From Candidatus Enterousia sp. (lineage in GTDB: Bacteria; Pseudomonadota; Alphaproteobacteria; Rs-D84): a DNA stretch of 64,000 nucleotides. Positions 17,656 to 27,576 of this stretch are shown here, one piece after another. The stretch's first letter is position 1; each line of letters begins with the position of its first letter. The position numbers were made by a program, and so were the translations under genes. The stretch lies in the NCBI GenBank assembly GCA_045614665.1, contig JAZLDI010000005.1, forward strand, positions 3,738 to 67,737, read 5' to 3'. The notes beneath the pieces were generated by a model that saw nothing but the letters and a program-made list of their open reading frames with translations, had not been told where the DNA came from and ran no database searches.

Positions 17656-18915
17656 ATGATAAAGTGTTTAGATTTTTTTAAATATTTTGTTCCGGTGGCA
17701 ATGGTGTTTGTGGGTATTAATGCGGATGCGGCGGTGGCAAAGCGTGGAACGGTGTCCCGTGCCAAGGTGACTGCGGCGGCGCGTGCGCCAGTTGTTGCCA
17801 CGACGGCCACCGTGACACAGGTAACGTCAGAACCGGAAGCTGTTGAAGAAGTTGCGGTACCTGAAGAAACTTTTGAGTTTGAGGATAGAACGGGGCAATT
17901 TGATGATGCGATTGGTGCCACAAAGATGTCGGGTGGGGTGGATGATGATGAACTGACAGAGATGATACGTCGCCAACGTGCGGCGGCGGATGCGTCTGAT
18001 GCAACAGAAACAGTGGCGCGTGCGGCCAACGCGATGTCTGTGTCGGGACAAAATGCGTGCGATATGGGGTTGCGTAAATGCATGCAGGCGAAATGTGGTG
18101 CAGATTTTGCAAAGTGTGCTGGTGATACGGATACGGTCTGGGGCGACAAAATGGATGCGTGTCGCCGTGATTTAAAATGCAGTGGTGTGGAATATGCGGC
18201 GTTTGCACCAGAAATTAAGGCAGATCGTGATGCAAATGCAGAATTGGTAAATTACAATGCGATTATAAGCTGTGGAAATAAGTATAATTCGTGTATTTTG
18301 ACAGAATGTGGTGCGACGTTTTCAAAGTGTTTGGGGAAATCTTATGGTGATGCGGCAATTGCCAAATGTAAAAAAATTCAAAATGAATGTATGGGTTTGG
18401 ATAATGGTTTGGCGTCGCGTATGATGAATGTTTTTGCCGGTGTTCGCCAAGATGCAGAAAAGCAGGTTCAGCGTGATGAACAGCGTCTTTATGATTTGCG
18501 TGATGAAATGGAAAAAGTGTGTCTTTCAATGGGTGCGATGTTCGATCAGCGTTCGCTGGATTGTGTTTATACTGTTAATTTCTTTGCGAATAATTCAACC
18601 ACACCATATGCGTCGAAAAAGGCGTATGCGGGTGGTGTGTTCAGTTGCGATCCGGGCTGGTTTGGTATAGATGTTACAACGTTCAAAGAAAATGCGTATC
18701 GTTTGACACGTGAACAAAAATCTGCGTCGTCGGCAATGTTGGGGTCGGGTATTGGTATGGCGGCCGGTGTGATTACATCAGGTGCGATTGATCGGGCACT
18801 GGGGACACAAAAAGCGAAGAAAGAGTTGGACCAGGCCAAGGCGGATGATGAAAAATGGTATGGTGGTGCTGTCGTCACTGATGAGCAAGAATCACAGGAA
18901 GAAGTTTCAGAATAA
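17656..18915 (+). CDS. Exported Cys-rich protein, small family member with C-terminal glycine-zipper segment (419 aa)
   Basis: Signal peptide. Basic AVAKRGTVSRAKVTAAARAP tract. Motifs RKCMQAKCGADFAKC and LTECGATFSKC. Segment LGSGIGMAAGVITSGAI. Confidence 0.8.
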   Translation: MIKCLDFFKYFVPVAMVFVGINADAAVAKRGTVSRAKVTAAARAPVVATTATVTQVTSEPEAVEEVAVPEETFEFEDRTGQFDDAIGATKMSGGVDDDELTEMIRRQRAAADASDATETVARAANAMSVSGQNACDMGLRKCMQAKCGADFAKCAGDTDTVWGDKMDACRRDLKCSGVEYAAFAPEIKADRDANAELVNYNAIISCGNKYNSCILTECGATFSKCLGKSYGDAAIAKCKKIQNECMGLDNGLASRMMNVFAGVRQDAEKQVQRDEQRLYDLRDEMEKVCLSMGAMFDQRSLDCVYTVNFFANNSTTPYASKKAYAGGVFSCDPGWFGIDVTTFKENAYRLTREQKSASSAMLGSGIGMAAGVITSGAIDRALGTQKAKKELDQAKADDEKWYGGAVVTDEQESQEEVSE

Positions 18916-18938
18916 AAACAACGGGTAAGTATATAGAT

Positions 18939-21900
18939 ATGAAAAAGATATTATTTGGTATTTTTGCAGTTGTATTTTCAATGCCAGCGATGGGGCTAGA
19001 TGTTTCAGGGACGGTGGTTGATGAAACTGGTGCGCCGATAACGGGTGCGACGGTGTATGCGCCAGGTACAACCAAAGGGTTTACGATTTATAAAAGCGAT
19101 GGTAGTTTTAAGGAAACGATTGATGTTGAAGCAGATACGTATTTAGAGATTTCTTTTACTGGTTGTGCCGAACAAAATTTCAAGGCGTCAGAATTAAACG
19201 GTAAAAGAATTCAATTAAATTGTGCCGAAGAAATAGAAAAGGTTGTAACTGTTGGTAACTTTAAAACCCGTGATTGTACATCAGATGAATTAGATAAGGC
19301 AAATGCCACCAGTGGGCGTTGGGTCTTGCCCGATGATGGGGGGCGGGCATATTGCAAACCGTCTAAATGTAAGACAGGATTTAAAGATAATGGTACCATG
19401 TGTGTGTCCCGTAATGGTGATGCTTGTACGGGAAAAGAACTGAACAAATGGGCCAAGAAAGCGACGTCTGGAATCTATATGTATGTAGATGGCGTGGAAC
19501 GTTGTGATGCGACCGCGTGTCATGATGGATTCAAGTTGTCTGGTGCCCAATGTATACCGGAATGTGATGCCGATGTTAATAATGGTATTGCGGAACAAAT
19601 GCCGATTGGTGGAAAATGTTATCCAACCGTATGTGTGGAACCGCGTTGGATGTTGAATGGCACCGGTACGCGTGCTAAGTGTGTTGAGCAAAAGTGCTCT
19701 ATTGAGAATGGTAAAGGTGCGTGGAAAAAGAACACAAATAATATCTGGGAATGTGCAGTTGTTTCTTGTAATAAAAATTTTGAAGAAGTGGACGGTCAAT
19801 GTGTGTCCAATAAGTGTGGTTGTGGCCAGGTTTTTGTGCCATCAACTGGTCTGTGTCGCGATAAAACAGCGACAGAGAAAAAATGTACGCGCGATACAAA
19901 GCCCCAGTTGCCATCTAATGCAAAAACGGCGGAAATGGTTTGTGATGCCAATGGGCGTGAATATTGCAAGATTGCAACAAATGGATGTGTCGATAATTAT
20001 TATTTGATTGAATCTGAAAATAAATGTAAGCCAAAGGAAGGTACCCCCTGTGTTATTGTTGGATTCGAAGGTGAATTGATTGGACGCCCCCAGACTGAAT
20101 ATGAATTTGTTGATGGTGCGTTAAAGTGCGTGGTAAAAAAATGTAATGACAGGGACTATGAACCTAACCGGGAAAGGACGGCGTGTGTTCAGACGTCTGG
20201 AGATTGTGATACAGAAGATGAAAATGCGCTGGGGCGTGGCAAGTTGAAGAATGGTATATGTGTTATTCAAAAATGTAAAACAGGTTTTAAAATTCAAGAT
20301 AATAGTTGTGTGACACGTAGTGGTGATGTCTGTACACGTGATGAATTAAAGAAATATCCCAATGCCACATCTGGGTATTATGATTATTCAAATGGTACAG
20401 AGCGTTGTATTAATTTGAAATGCAAAGAAGGATTTAAGCCCAATGAAGATGCCACGGAATGTATTGCAAAATTGAAAAAATGCACCTCAGAACAGCAGCA
20501 GGCATTAACAAATGCAAAGTCGTGGGGATTGCAGGATGGAACTGAAAAATGTGTCGCATTGGAATGTAAATGTGGGTATGTCTTGGAAAATGGTCAGTGC
20601 CGTGCAAAAACGGCGGCAGAGAAGAATTGTACGCGTGATACTAAACCCCAATTGCCAGACAATGCAACGGTGGCAGAAATGGTTTGTGATGCCAATGGGC
20701 GTGAATATTGCAAGATTGCAAAAGATGGCTGTAATGATGGTTTTACCCGTAATGAGGCGAAAAATACTTGTGACAGCAAGGTTGGCCAACGTTGTATCGA
20801 TACAGAGTTCAATGGTGAATTGATTGGAAATCCGAACAAGGAATATGAATATGTGGGTGGTGTTTTAAAGTGTGTTGTGACAAAATGTAATGACAAGGAT
20901 TATAAGCCAAGTGAAGACAGAAAGACTTGTGTAAAAGTTTCGGGTGCATGTACAACCGATGATCCATATGCAGATGAATCCAAGGCAGGGACATTGAAAA
21001 AGGGCAAGTGTGTGCCAAATGCATGTCAAAATGGATATCGTGTCAAAGATAATAAATGTACATTAACTAAATGTAAGTGCGGTTATCGTGAAGATGGAAA
21101 TGATTGCGTAAAACGTGAAGCCGACGAACAATGTACATCACAGACGTCGCCGGTGGCACCAGCACACGCAAAATATGGAAAGTATTCATGTCCGAATGGT
21201 GAAAATGGCAAAGAAGTTTGTCAGATTTCAGAAGACTCTTGCGAGGATGGATATCGTGCAGATTTAACCAAAAATCGTTGCCTTAGTTTGGATGGATTCG
21301 ATTGTGGTGATGTTGCAGACAAGCCTGTGGATGAAAATGCGCTGAAGTGGTCGTATGCGGTGTCGGCGGGAAAAACTGAATGTCGTATCAGTCTGTGTAA
21401 AGACGATTGGGAACCGCGTGAAAATGGTACAAAGTGTGTCAAGGTCTCGGGGGCGTGTCTGGCAGCTGATTTGCAGTTGATTGATAAAGCTAGCGCTGGT
21501 GAAATTCGAAATGGGAAATGTTTTGCCACAGATTGTGAAGATAATTATAGTCCAAACAAACAGGGAATTTGTGAACGTAACCTGTGTCCGTGTGGTCAAA
21601 AGTTGGGCGAAGATGATGTCTGTGTTGATAAAACAGAGGAAGACAAGGTTTGTACTATTGCCAATGCAACCAAGGCAGCATTGACGTGCGAGAAGGATAA
21701 AGAGGTTTGCCGTGTTGTTGAATGTGCCAAAGATTATAAAACAAATTCTAAGAAAAATCGTTGTGAATCCGTGAAAAATGATCAGTGTGCTTTTGACGGG
21801 GATACCAAAGAGTTTGTTAAAACGGCACGCTGGCGTGAACGGAATAAAGAAATGGAATGTGTTATAACAGCCTGTACGGATGGGTATACGGTTGATACGG

Positions 21901-23705
21901 CTAAAAATATTTGTATCGTAAGCGAAGGACCATGTTCAGAAGCACAGGTAAAACAGATTGAAAATGCAACCAAGGGTGAGTTGAAAAAGGGCAAATGTTT
22001 TGTTACAGAATGTGTTCCTGGGATGGAACCCGTTGATAACAAGTGTGTTAAAATTGCGGGTGATTGTAAAAATATGCCGGAAAATGCCAAGTCCGCACAT
22101 CGCGAATTTGTGGCGGAATCTAATGAAGAGATTTGTATCATTGACGCCTGTGACAAGGAATACAAGGTCAGTGATGATAAACAATCGTGTATAATTGTTC
22201 CGGGGCTGTCACGTGAAGAATCCAAGCAACGTATAGAAGAGGCACAGCAAAAATATGATGCAGCCAAGGCCAATGAACAATCCTTGGGGAACCGTATGTT
22301 GGGGGCGGCGACAATGGGCTCTATGGGAATTGGTGGTATGATGGTTGCGTCGTCGTTGGCGGAACAAAACGCCGATGCGGATGCCGAATTGGATATGGCG
22401 GCATATCTGGCAACATTTAAATGTGACTATGGTGCGGGACTGAATATCCGTGGCGGTCAGGTTAATGTAGAACTGCCCGGGGCATCGGAATTAATACCAC
22501 TTTATTCCGAATATGTTACTTTGGCAAATGACGTTAAGGCGCGTAAAAAACAATTAGGATTAAAGACTGGAATTGAATCCGAGAAGATTTTGGATTCTGC
22601 GACAACGGGTCTGTACGATGATGTTGGTATTGGTATTTCATCGGGTGCGTATGCATCATTGGCGCGTGCATTACAAGACCCAAATGGTACGGATGCCAAG
22701 ATGTGGGCCGAACAGAAAGAAAAAACCGCCCAGAACCTGAAAACGGGGGCCATAACCGCCGGTGTTGGTGCCGCGGTGGGTCTGGTCGGGAATATCATCA
22801 GTTCAGAAGTGTTTAAAAATAAAATGAAAAATTTGAAATCGGTGTCTATCTTGCAAGAAAAGGTAGATGCAATACCTGAAACACATGTGGCGCAAAGGCA
22901 ATCGTGTCCGTCGAACAGCCAGGGGACATATCCAGATTGTGACTGTGGGCCAAATGCGATATATAATGGGAGCACGAATAAATGTGACACGTGTCCAGAA
23001 AATCAAAAGGCACAAGATAACCAATGTGGTTGTTGGACCGCGCCAAATACTGTAAAGGATGGTGATAAATGCGTCGAGCCAAAACAAGAGTGTAAGTATG
23101 AATGTGAAGAACCGACCGCAGAGAATAATTTGGTGCGTAACCCAAATTGTACCTGTGGTTGCAAAGATGGGTTTGACTATAAGGATAAAAAATGTCAGCC
23201 ACAGACACCACCGCAAGACTCGATAACTGTTACCGTTGTAGAAGAAGTAAGAAGAGAAACTGCATTGAACGAGGCGACTTTAAAAGAAGCGATCTTTGAT
23301 TTTGGAAAAAGTACATTGACCAGTGTTGCAAAAACAGCGTTGGATGATTTTGCAAAAAATCTGAAAGAAATCGATAAAGTTACAAAATGTGATATAGAGG
23401 TTTCTGGATTTACAGACAGGGCCGGAAATTCTGATTATAATATGACACTGTCACTGGAGCGTGCTACTAGTGTAAAAAACCACTTGGCTTCGGCTTTGAA
23501 TAAGAATGGTATAACAAATACAATGAAGACCAATGGGTATGGCGAAACAAAATGTTTTTGTGTCGCGGGCAGTTTAAGTGGCTGGAAAGCATGTAACGGT
23601 AAAAAGGCGGGTGATGTCGCAAGGGGATATGGTTATCCGCCATGTCGTGTTGTTACAATAAAGGCACTGTGTGAAACAGAACAGCAAGTTGAGACCCCAC
23701 AATAA
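18939..23705 (+). CDS. Giant exported Cys-repeat protein with CarboxypepD_reg-like N-terminal domain and OmpA-like C-terminal domain (1588 aa)
   Basis: N-terminus VSGTVVDETGAPITGATVYAPGTTKGFTIYKSDGSF. About 1000 aa of C-x-C/GFK-type repeats. Hydrophobic Gly-rich segments. C-terminus FDFGKSTL...IEVSGFTDRAGNSDYNMTLSLERATSV is an OmpA_C-type peptidoglycan-binding motif. Confidence 0.85.
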   Translation: MKKILFGIFAVVFSMPAMGLDVSGTVVDETGAPITGATVYAPGTTKGFTIYKSDGSFKETIDVEADTYLEISFTGCAEQNFKASELNGKRIQLNCAEEIEKVVTVGNFKTRDCTSDELDKANATSGRWVLPDDGGRAYCKPSKCKTGFKDNGTMCVSRNGDACTGKELNKWAKKATSGIYMYVDGVERCDATACHDGFKLSGAQCIPECDADVNNGIAEQMPIGGKCYPTVCVEPRWMLNGTGTRAKCVEQKCSIENGKGAWKKNTNNIWECAVVSCNKNFEEVDGQCVSNKCGCGQVFVPSTGLCRDKTATEKKCTRDTKPQLPSNAKTAEMVCDANGREYCKIATNGCVDNYYLIESENKCKPKEGTPCVIVGFEGELIGRPQTEYEFVDGALKCVVKKCNDRDYEPNRERTACVQTSGDCDTEDENALGRGKLKNGICVIQKCKTGFKIQDNSCVTRSGDVCTRDELKKYPNATSGYYDYSNGTERCINLKCKEGFKPNEDATECIAKLKKCTSEQQQALTNAKSWGLQDGTEKCVALECKCGYVLENGQCRAKTAAEKNCTRDTKPQLPDNATVAEMVCDANGREYCKIAKDGCNDGFTRNEAKNTCDSKVGQRCIDTEFNGELIGNPNKEYEYVGGVLKCVVTKCNDKDYKPSEDRKTCVKVSGACTTDDPYADESKAGTLKKGKCVPNACQNGYRVKDNKCTLTKCKCGYREDGNDCVKREADEQCTSQTSPVAPAHAKYGKYSCPNGENGKEVCQISEDSCEDGYRADLTKNRCLSLDGFDCGDVADKPVDENALKWSYAVSAGKTECRISLCKDDWEPRENGTKCVKVSGACLAADLQLIDKASAGEIRNGKCFATDCEDNYSPNKQGICERNLCPCGQKLGEDDVCVDKTEEDKVCTIANATKAALTCEKDKEVCRVVECAKDYKTNSKKNRCESVKNDQCAFDGDTKEFVKTARWRERNKEMECVITACTDGYTVDTAKNICIVSEGPCSEAQVKQIENATKGELKKGKCFVTECVPGMEPVDNKCVKIAGDCKNMPENAKSAHREFVAESNEEICIIDACDKEYKVSDDKQSCIIVPGLSREESKQRIEEAQQKYDAAKANEQSLGNRMLGAATMGSMGIGGMMVASSLAEQNADADAELDMAAYLATFKCDYGAGLNIRGGQVNVELPGASELIPLYSEYVTLANDVKARKKQLGLKTGIESEKILDSATTGLYDDVGIGISSGAYASLARALQDPNGTDAKMWAEQKEKTAQNLKTGAITAGVGAAVGLVGNIISSEVFKNKMKNLKSVSILQEKVDAIPETHVAQRQSCPSNSQGTYPDCDCGPNAIYNGSTNKCDTCPENQKAQDNQCGCWTAPNTVKDGDKCVEPKQECKYECEEPTAENNLVRNPNCTCGCKDGFDYKDKKCQPQTPPQDSITVTVVEEVRRETALNEATLKEAIFDFGKSTLTSVAKTALDDFAKNLKEIDKVTKCDIEVSGFTDRAGNSDYNMTLSLERATSVKNHLASALNKNGITNTMKTNGYGETKCFCVAGSLSGWKACNGKKAGDVARGYGYPPCRVVTIKALCETEQQVETPQ
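19932..19977 (+). repeat. Internal duplication core, copy 1 (46 nt identical to 20676-20721)
   Basis: gaaatggtttgtgatgccaatgggcgtgaatattgcaagattgcaa. Offset of 744 nt, equal to a 248-aa repeat unit. Confidence 0.9.
20676..20721 (+). repeat. Internal duplication core, copy 2
   Basis: Identical 46-mer. Flanking protein sequence is also repeated (EKxCTRDTKPQLPxNA..AEMVCDANGREYCKIA). Confidence 0.9.
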
Positions 23706-23770
23706 TGGTTTTTACACTGGACAGGTTTGCTGATTATATGCTAAACTGAACTAAGTCAGAGAGAATAGTT

Positions 23771-26700
23771 ATGAAATATATCAGAATTTTGTTTCTTGCA
23801 TTGTTTGTTTTTCCGTTCGGGGCGCATGCCGCTGGTGGGCAAAATGAATTTATGGTGGCGGCACAATTGTTGGCGGCGGCGCGTAATGCCGATATCAATC
23901 AGGTGCAAATTCTGGTAAACAATGGCGCAGATATTAACTATGTCGATGCGACAGGATTGTCGTTGGTATGTACGGCGTTGATGAATAATGATACGCGTGC
24001 TGCCCAGATTTTACAGATGTATGGTGCGGATGCATCCCAATGTGATCGCCAAATAAAAAAATACAATAATCGAACCAAGCCAAAGCCCACGGGGGGGCTG
24101 TTCAGTGGACTGTCATCCGTCCAGAGTATGACATTAGCGGCGGCGGGTGCCGCCGTTGTCGTAGGGGGGCTGTTGTTATTAACAGATGTATTGGACCCGG
24201 GTAACGATAATGATAATGGTGTTGTGTCGGGTGGGGATCGTCCAGGTTCGGGCGGTAACACGGGTGGGGGTAATGCAACCGATGTCTTGACCATACCATA
24301 CAGTCCGGCTTATTTGGGTATAAATGGGTACATAAACACCAGTAATGAAAAATATTTGGCGAATTTGAAGACCTGGAATCCGACCGAGGGCGGTATTCGC
24401 CAGGCCGATTTTAATTATTTCAGACCATCCGTTGCGCCGGGGATAAGTAATTTCAAGAATGATGGAATTTTGTTGCCGGTGCAAAACTACTTGCTTATGA
24501 TGCACGGGTATTCTGCGTTCGCAAATGGCTATTTGGGACAACTTATATTCCGCAGTACATCCAATAACTATAATCCATTGCCAATGGAAAATTCTGCGTC
24601 GGGTGGTGAACCGGTGACGGTTGGTATGATAACCGCAAACGGTCTTAATCCAACGGGGGCTGCCGCGCGTACAAGTGCCGATACGGTCGGTATTTTGGTG
24701 GCGTCGGGTGCGGGCGCGGGTGCGGCCACTATGACAAAAGATAAATATTTAAACTATAACAATCCCACGGATGGAGTTCTGGGGACAGAAAAGACGGGCT
24801 TTGATTTGTCTGGTACTGGGACGGCGATGAATCCATTCGCAAGTGCTTATGATGGCGCATTGATTAAAATTGTCGCGGGTTGGACCGGGGAACGTGGTGC
24901 GTATGAATATGATGAACAGGATTTTATTGCGGGTGATTTTTGGGGATTTGTTCCAAATGGACGTGTGGGGGTTTTCAAAACCGGTAATGGTCAGGCCTTT
25001 GTGAATATCGATACACCGACAGATGGTGCGGTCTTGGGGACCAGCAGTGGTGAAAATTCAATTGGCGTGGGTGATACGGTTGTATTAAATGGCGTTACAT
25101 ACACGATGTCTTTGGCGGCAGATGCGGCACTTACCAATCCAACGATAACGGTCAATGGCACAACGTACAAGTTGCCGGCGGAAAGTACTATGTTGCGTGG
25201 CGTTTGCACCAGTGATGTTGCCGGCGCGTGTGATGATATTTCAGATATCGCGATTTATAAGGGAACAGATGGGTATTTTTATGTTAATACAACCGGCGGA
25301 ACCGGACCGGATGCGGTATGGGTGGTGAATAACAATAATATTTATGCCCAGAAAGAATTGCAAGATGTTGACTTTAAAAATTTTGAGGCGCTGTATGCGG
25401 CTAAATCAGACAGTAATGTGTTGGCTAATGTATCTGTTATTCAATCGTCGCGTGGTTTAGATTATGTTAAAATGTCGGATATGCCACAACTGATTGATGT
25501 GCTGAATGCCAATCCGGTGGATGTATATGTTGGTTTGGTTAATGATATCTATGATAGGGATGATACACAAAATACCAGCCAGGGTATTTATGCGAATCAG
25601 TTGCTGGGGGGATATAACGCAAATTCACCAATCTTGGTTATGCCGGCGGGGGAATTTGCATATGGATATGGTGCGGGCAAATCTTTGTCTGTGTTGGATG
25701 CGACATTTGAAAATTATGCACCGGTGATATATCCGAATCTGGAACATCTGTTTATGACGGTTGTTGCGGTTCAACATAAAACGGGAACAGATGCAGCAAC
25801 GTCTATTGAAAATTATGGCAATGGCACAGGTAGCAGTTTTGGTCCATTGACATTGTCTTCTTGGACGGATGCAGATGGAACGGTTTATAAGTCGCGTAAA
25901 TGTGGTATTGCGGGAATGGGACTGAATGGAATTGACCCGTGGTGTTTTGCAGCGGCGGGCGCAACCGCGGAAATGGCAGCTGCGTCGGCGGCGGGAGCGG
26001 TTGCATCGGTAAAGGCCGCATTTGCAGATGCAGATATGTCAAATGCAGAATTGTTTACATTGTTGGCGTTGACGGCGGATGGTGCATATCTGGGGGCTGA
26101 TGATGACGGAAACAGGTTTTCAACGGAAACATTGGCAAATTATTTGCGTGGAATGTATGAATTGCCACCGGAATATTATGAAGATACTTTGGATGCCGAT
26201 GCATATCTGGCCGCGTTCAAGGAAGTATATGGCTATGGATTAATCAATCTGGAACGTGCAATGACACCCAATAAAAAATTGTATTTCTTTGATGGAAATA
26301 AAATTGTGTCGGGTGACAAGAATGCATATTGGGGGGCGGCGACGAATACATCTGTGCGGGCGTCAAGTGTGCTGAACTTATCGGGTGCGCGGGTCAGTAC
26401 GGCGGTGTTTGATGTGCTGGAAAGTGTGGATGGACAAATGCGCCTGCCTCGTGTGTGGGAAAATGAATTTGCGTTGGGCAATACGACCAAACGTGGTTTG
26501 TATATGGGGGATGTGTTGGGTGAATTTAGCACCCGTCGTGTAGCGCCATCGGCGACAAAGATTGGTGATATGTCGCTGTCTATGGCGGTGTCGGAACGTG
26601 AATATAATGACTATATGGGTGGATTGGATAATCTGACGTTGGCGTATTCATGTGATAACTGGAATATTAACGCGTCATATCAGCACCATTTCACAGATGG

Positions 26701-27502
26701 TGAATCCCGGTTCAACGGTATGGCAAATCCGATTTTAAATTTGGCGTCTAATGTTATGACAACGGGGGCGGAATATAAATTTGGAAATTGGTCGTTTGGT
26801 GGTCGTGGTTATTCGGGGCTGATTACGGATGAAAGTTTGCTGGAAAATGATCCGACGATTTCGGCACAATTTATGCCGGGGCAATTGGGACGTGTTGCGG
26901 GTGCGGAAAGTCATATTGCATACAACATGGATAAATTTGGATTTTCAGCGTCTATTGGTGCGGCACGTGAAAGTGATACATTGCTGGGGGCGGTGACGGA
27001 TGGTTTATTGGATTTGGGTGCGGGTGACACGACTTATGTTGATGTTGTATCGCATTATAATTTGTCTGATACAATTGGTTTCACCGCACGTGCAACATTT
27101 GCACGCACGGCATCGGATGCATCGGGTGCAATGGTGTTGGGGTTGACGGATATTGAATCAAATTCGTTTGCATTTGGTGCAAATATTGGAAACTTTGAAT
27201 TTACAGTGGCAAGGCCCCTGGCAATTACAGACGGTGCGTTGCAATACGCACACGCCGAATATGATGTAGTAGAGGTTGCCAAAGGGCAATATGACCTGGT
27301 GGTGCGTGATGCGCATGTTGCCGATTTGTCGTTGCATCCGGATGAACGTGAGGTTCGTTTTACCGCAACATATCGGCAAAAACTGGGTGAATTTACCGAT
27401 GGTGCGCTGGGGATGATTTATCGCGTAAATCCAAATCACACCGATGATTTTGGGAATGAATCTATATTTATGATGAAGTTGTCGCATCGTTTGGGTATAT
27501 AA
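23771..27502 (+). CDS. Exported ankyrin-repeat protein with large passenger and C-terminal beta-barrel-like domain (1243 aa)
   Basis: Signal peptide. Ankyrin-like LLAAARNADINQVQILVNNGADINYVDATGLSLVCTAL. Subtilase-like remnants (GATAEMAAASAAGAVAS, YGYGLINLERAM). About the last 350 aa show an alternating beta-strand pattern. Confidence 0.8.
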   Translation: MKYIRILFLALFVFPFGAHAAGGQNEFMVAAQLLAAARNADINQVQILVNNGADINYVDATGLSLVCTALMNNDTRAAQILQMYGADASQCDRQIKKYNNRTKPKPTGGLFSGLSSVQSMTLAAAGAAVVVGGLLLLTDVLDPGNDNDNGVVSGGDRPGSGGNTGGGNATDVLTIPYSPAYLGINGYINTSNEKYLANLKTWNPTEGGIRQADFNYFRPSVAPGISNFKNDGILLPVQNYLLMMHGYSAFANGYLGQLIFRSTSNNYNPLPMENSASGGEPVTVGMITANGLNPTGAAARTSADTVGILVASGAGAGAATMTKDKYLNYNNPTDGVLGTEKTGFDLSGTGTAMNPFASAYDGALIKIVAGWTGERGAYEYDEQDFIAGDFWGFVPNGRVGVFKTGNGQAFVNIDTPTDGAVLGTSSGENSIGVGDTVVLNGVTYTMSLAADAALTNPTITVNGTTYKLPAESTMLRGVCTSDVAGACDDISDIAIYKGTDGYFYVNTTGGTGPDAVWVVNNNNIYAQKELQDVDFKNFEALYAAKSDSNVLANVSVIQSSRGLDYVKMSDMPQLIDVLNANPVDVYVGLVNDIYDRDDTQNTSQGIYANQLLGGYNANSPILVMPAGEFAYGYGAGKSLSVLDATFENYAPVIYPNLEHLFMTVVAVQHKTGTDAATSIENYGNGTGSSFGPLTLSSWTDADGTVYKSRKCGIAGMGLNGIDPWCFAAAGATAEMAAASAAGAVASVKAAFADADMSNAELFTLLALTADGAYLGADDDGNRFSTETLANYLRGMYELPPEYYEDTLDADAYLAAFKEVYGYGLINLERAMTPNKKLYFFDGNKIVSGDKNAYWGAATNTSVRASSVLNLSGARVSTAVFDVLESVDGQMRLPRVWENEFALGNTTKRGLYMGDVLGEFSTRRVAPSATKIGDMSLSMAVSEREYNDYMGGLDNLTLAYSCDNWNINASYQHHFTDGESRFNGMANPILNLASNVMTTGAEYKFGNWSFGGRGYSGLITDESLLENDPTISAQFMPGQLGRVAGAESHIAYNMDKFGFSASIGAARESDTLLGAVTDGLLDLGAGDTTYVDVVSHYNLSDTIGFTARATFARTASDASGAMVLGLTDIESNSFAFGANIGNFEFTVARPLAITDGALQYAHAEYDVVEVAKGQYDLVVRDAHVADLSLHPDEREVRFTATYRQKLGEFTDGALGMIYRVNPNHTDDFGNESIFMMKLSHRLGI

Positions 27503-27576
27503 ACGTTTAATTGCTTGACAGTAGTGGCTTTTTGTGTCACTCTTGGTGCCTCAAATTATATATGGAGTAGATTGTT

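Noticed and set aside
17469-18149. 226-aa minus-strand ORF (and 17717-18208) antisense to the 16773 and 17656 genes.
   Set aside because: It is antisense shadow of GC-rich coding sequence and crosses the intergenic junction. It has no start context.
23771-27502. Calling the 1243-aa protein an active S8 serine protease autotransporter.
   Set aside because: Only the C-terminal subtilase-like signature is visible. The expected GTSxA nucleophile motif and an ordered Asp/His pair were not found, so the call is kept as a hypothesis of a degenerate fold.
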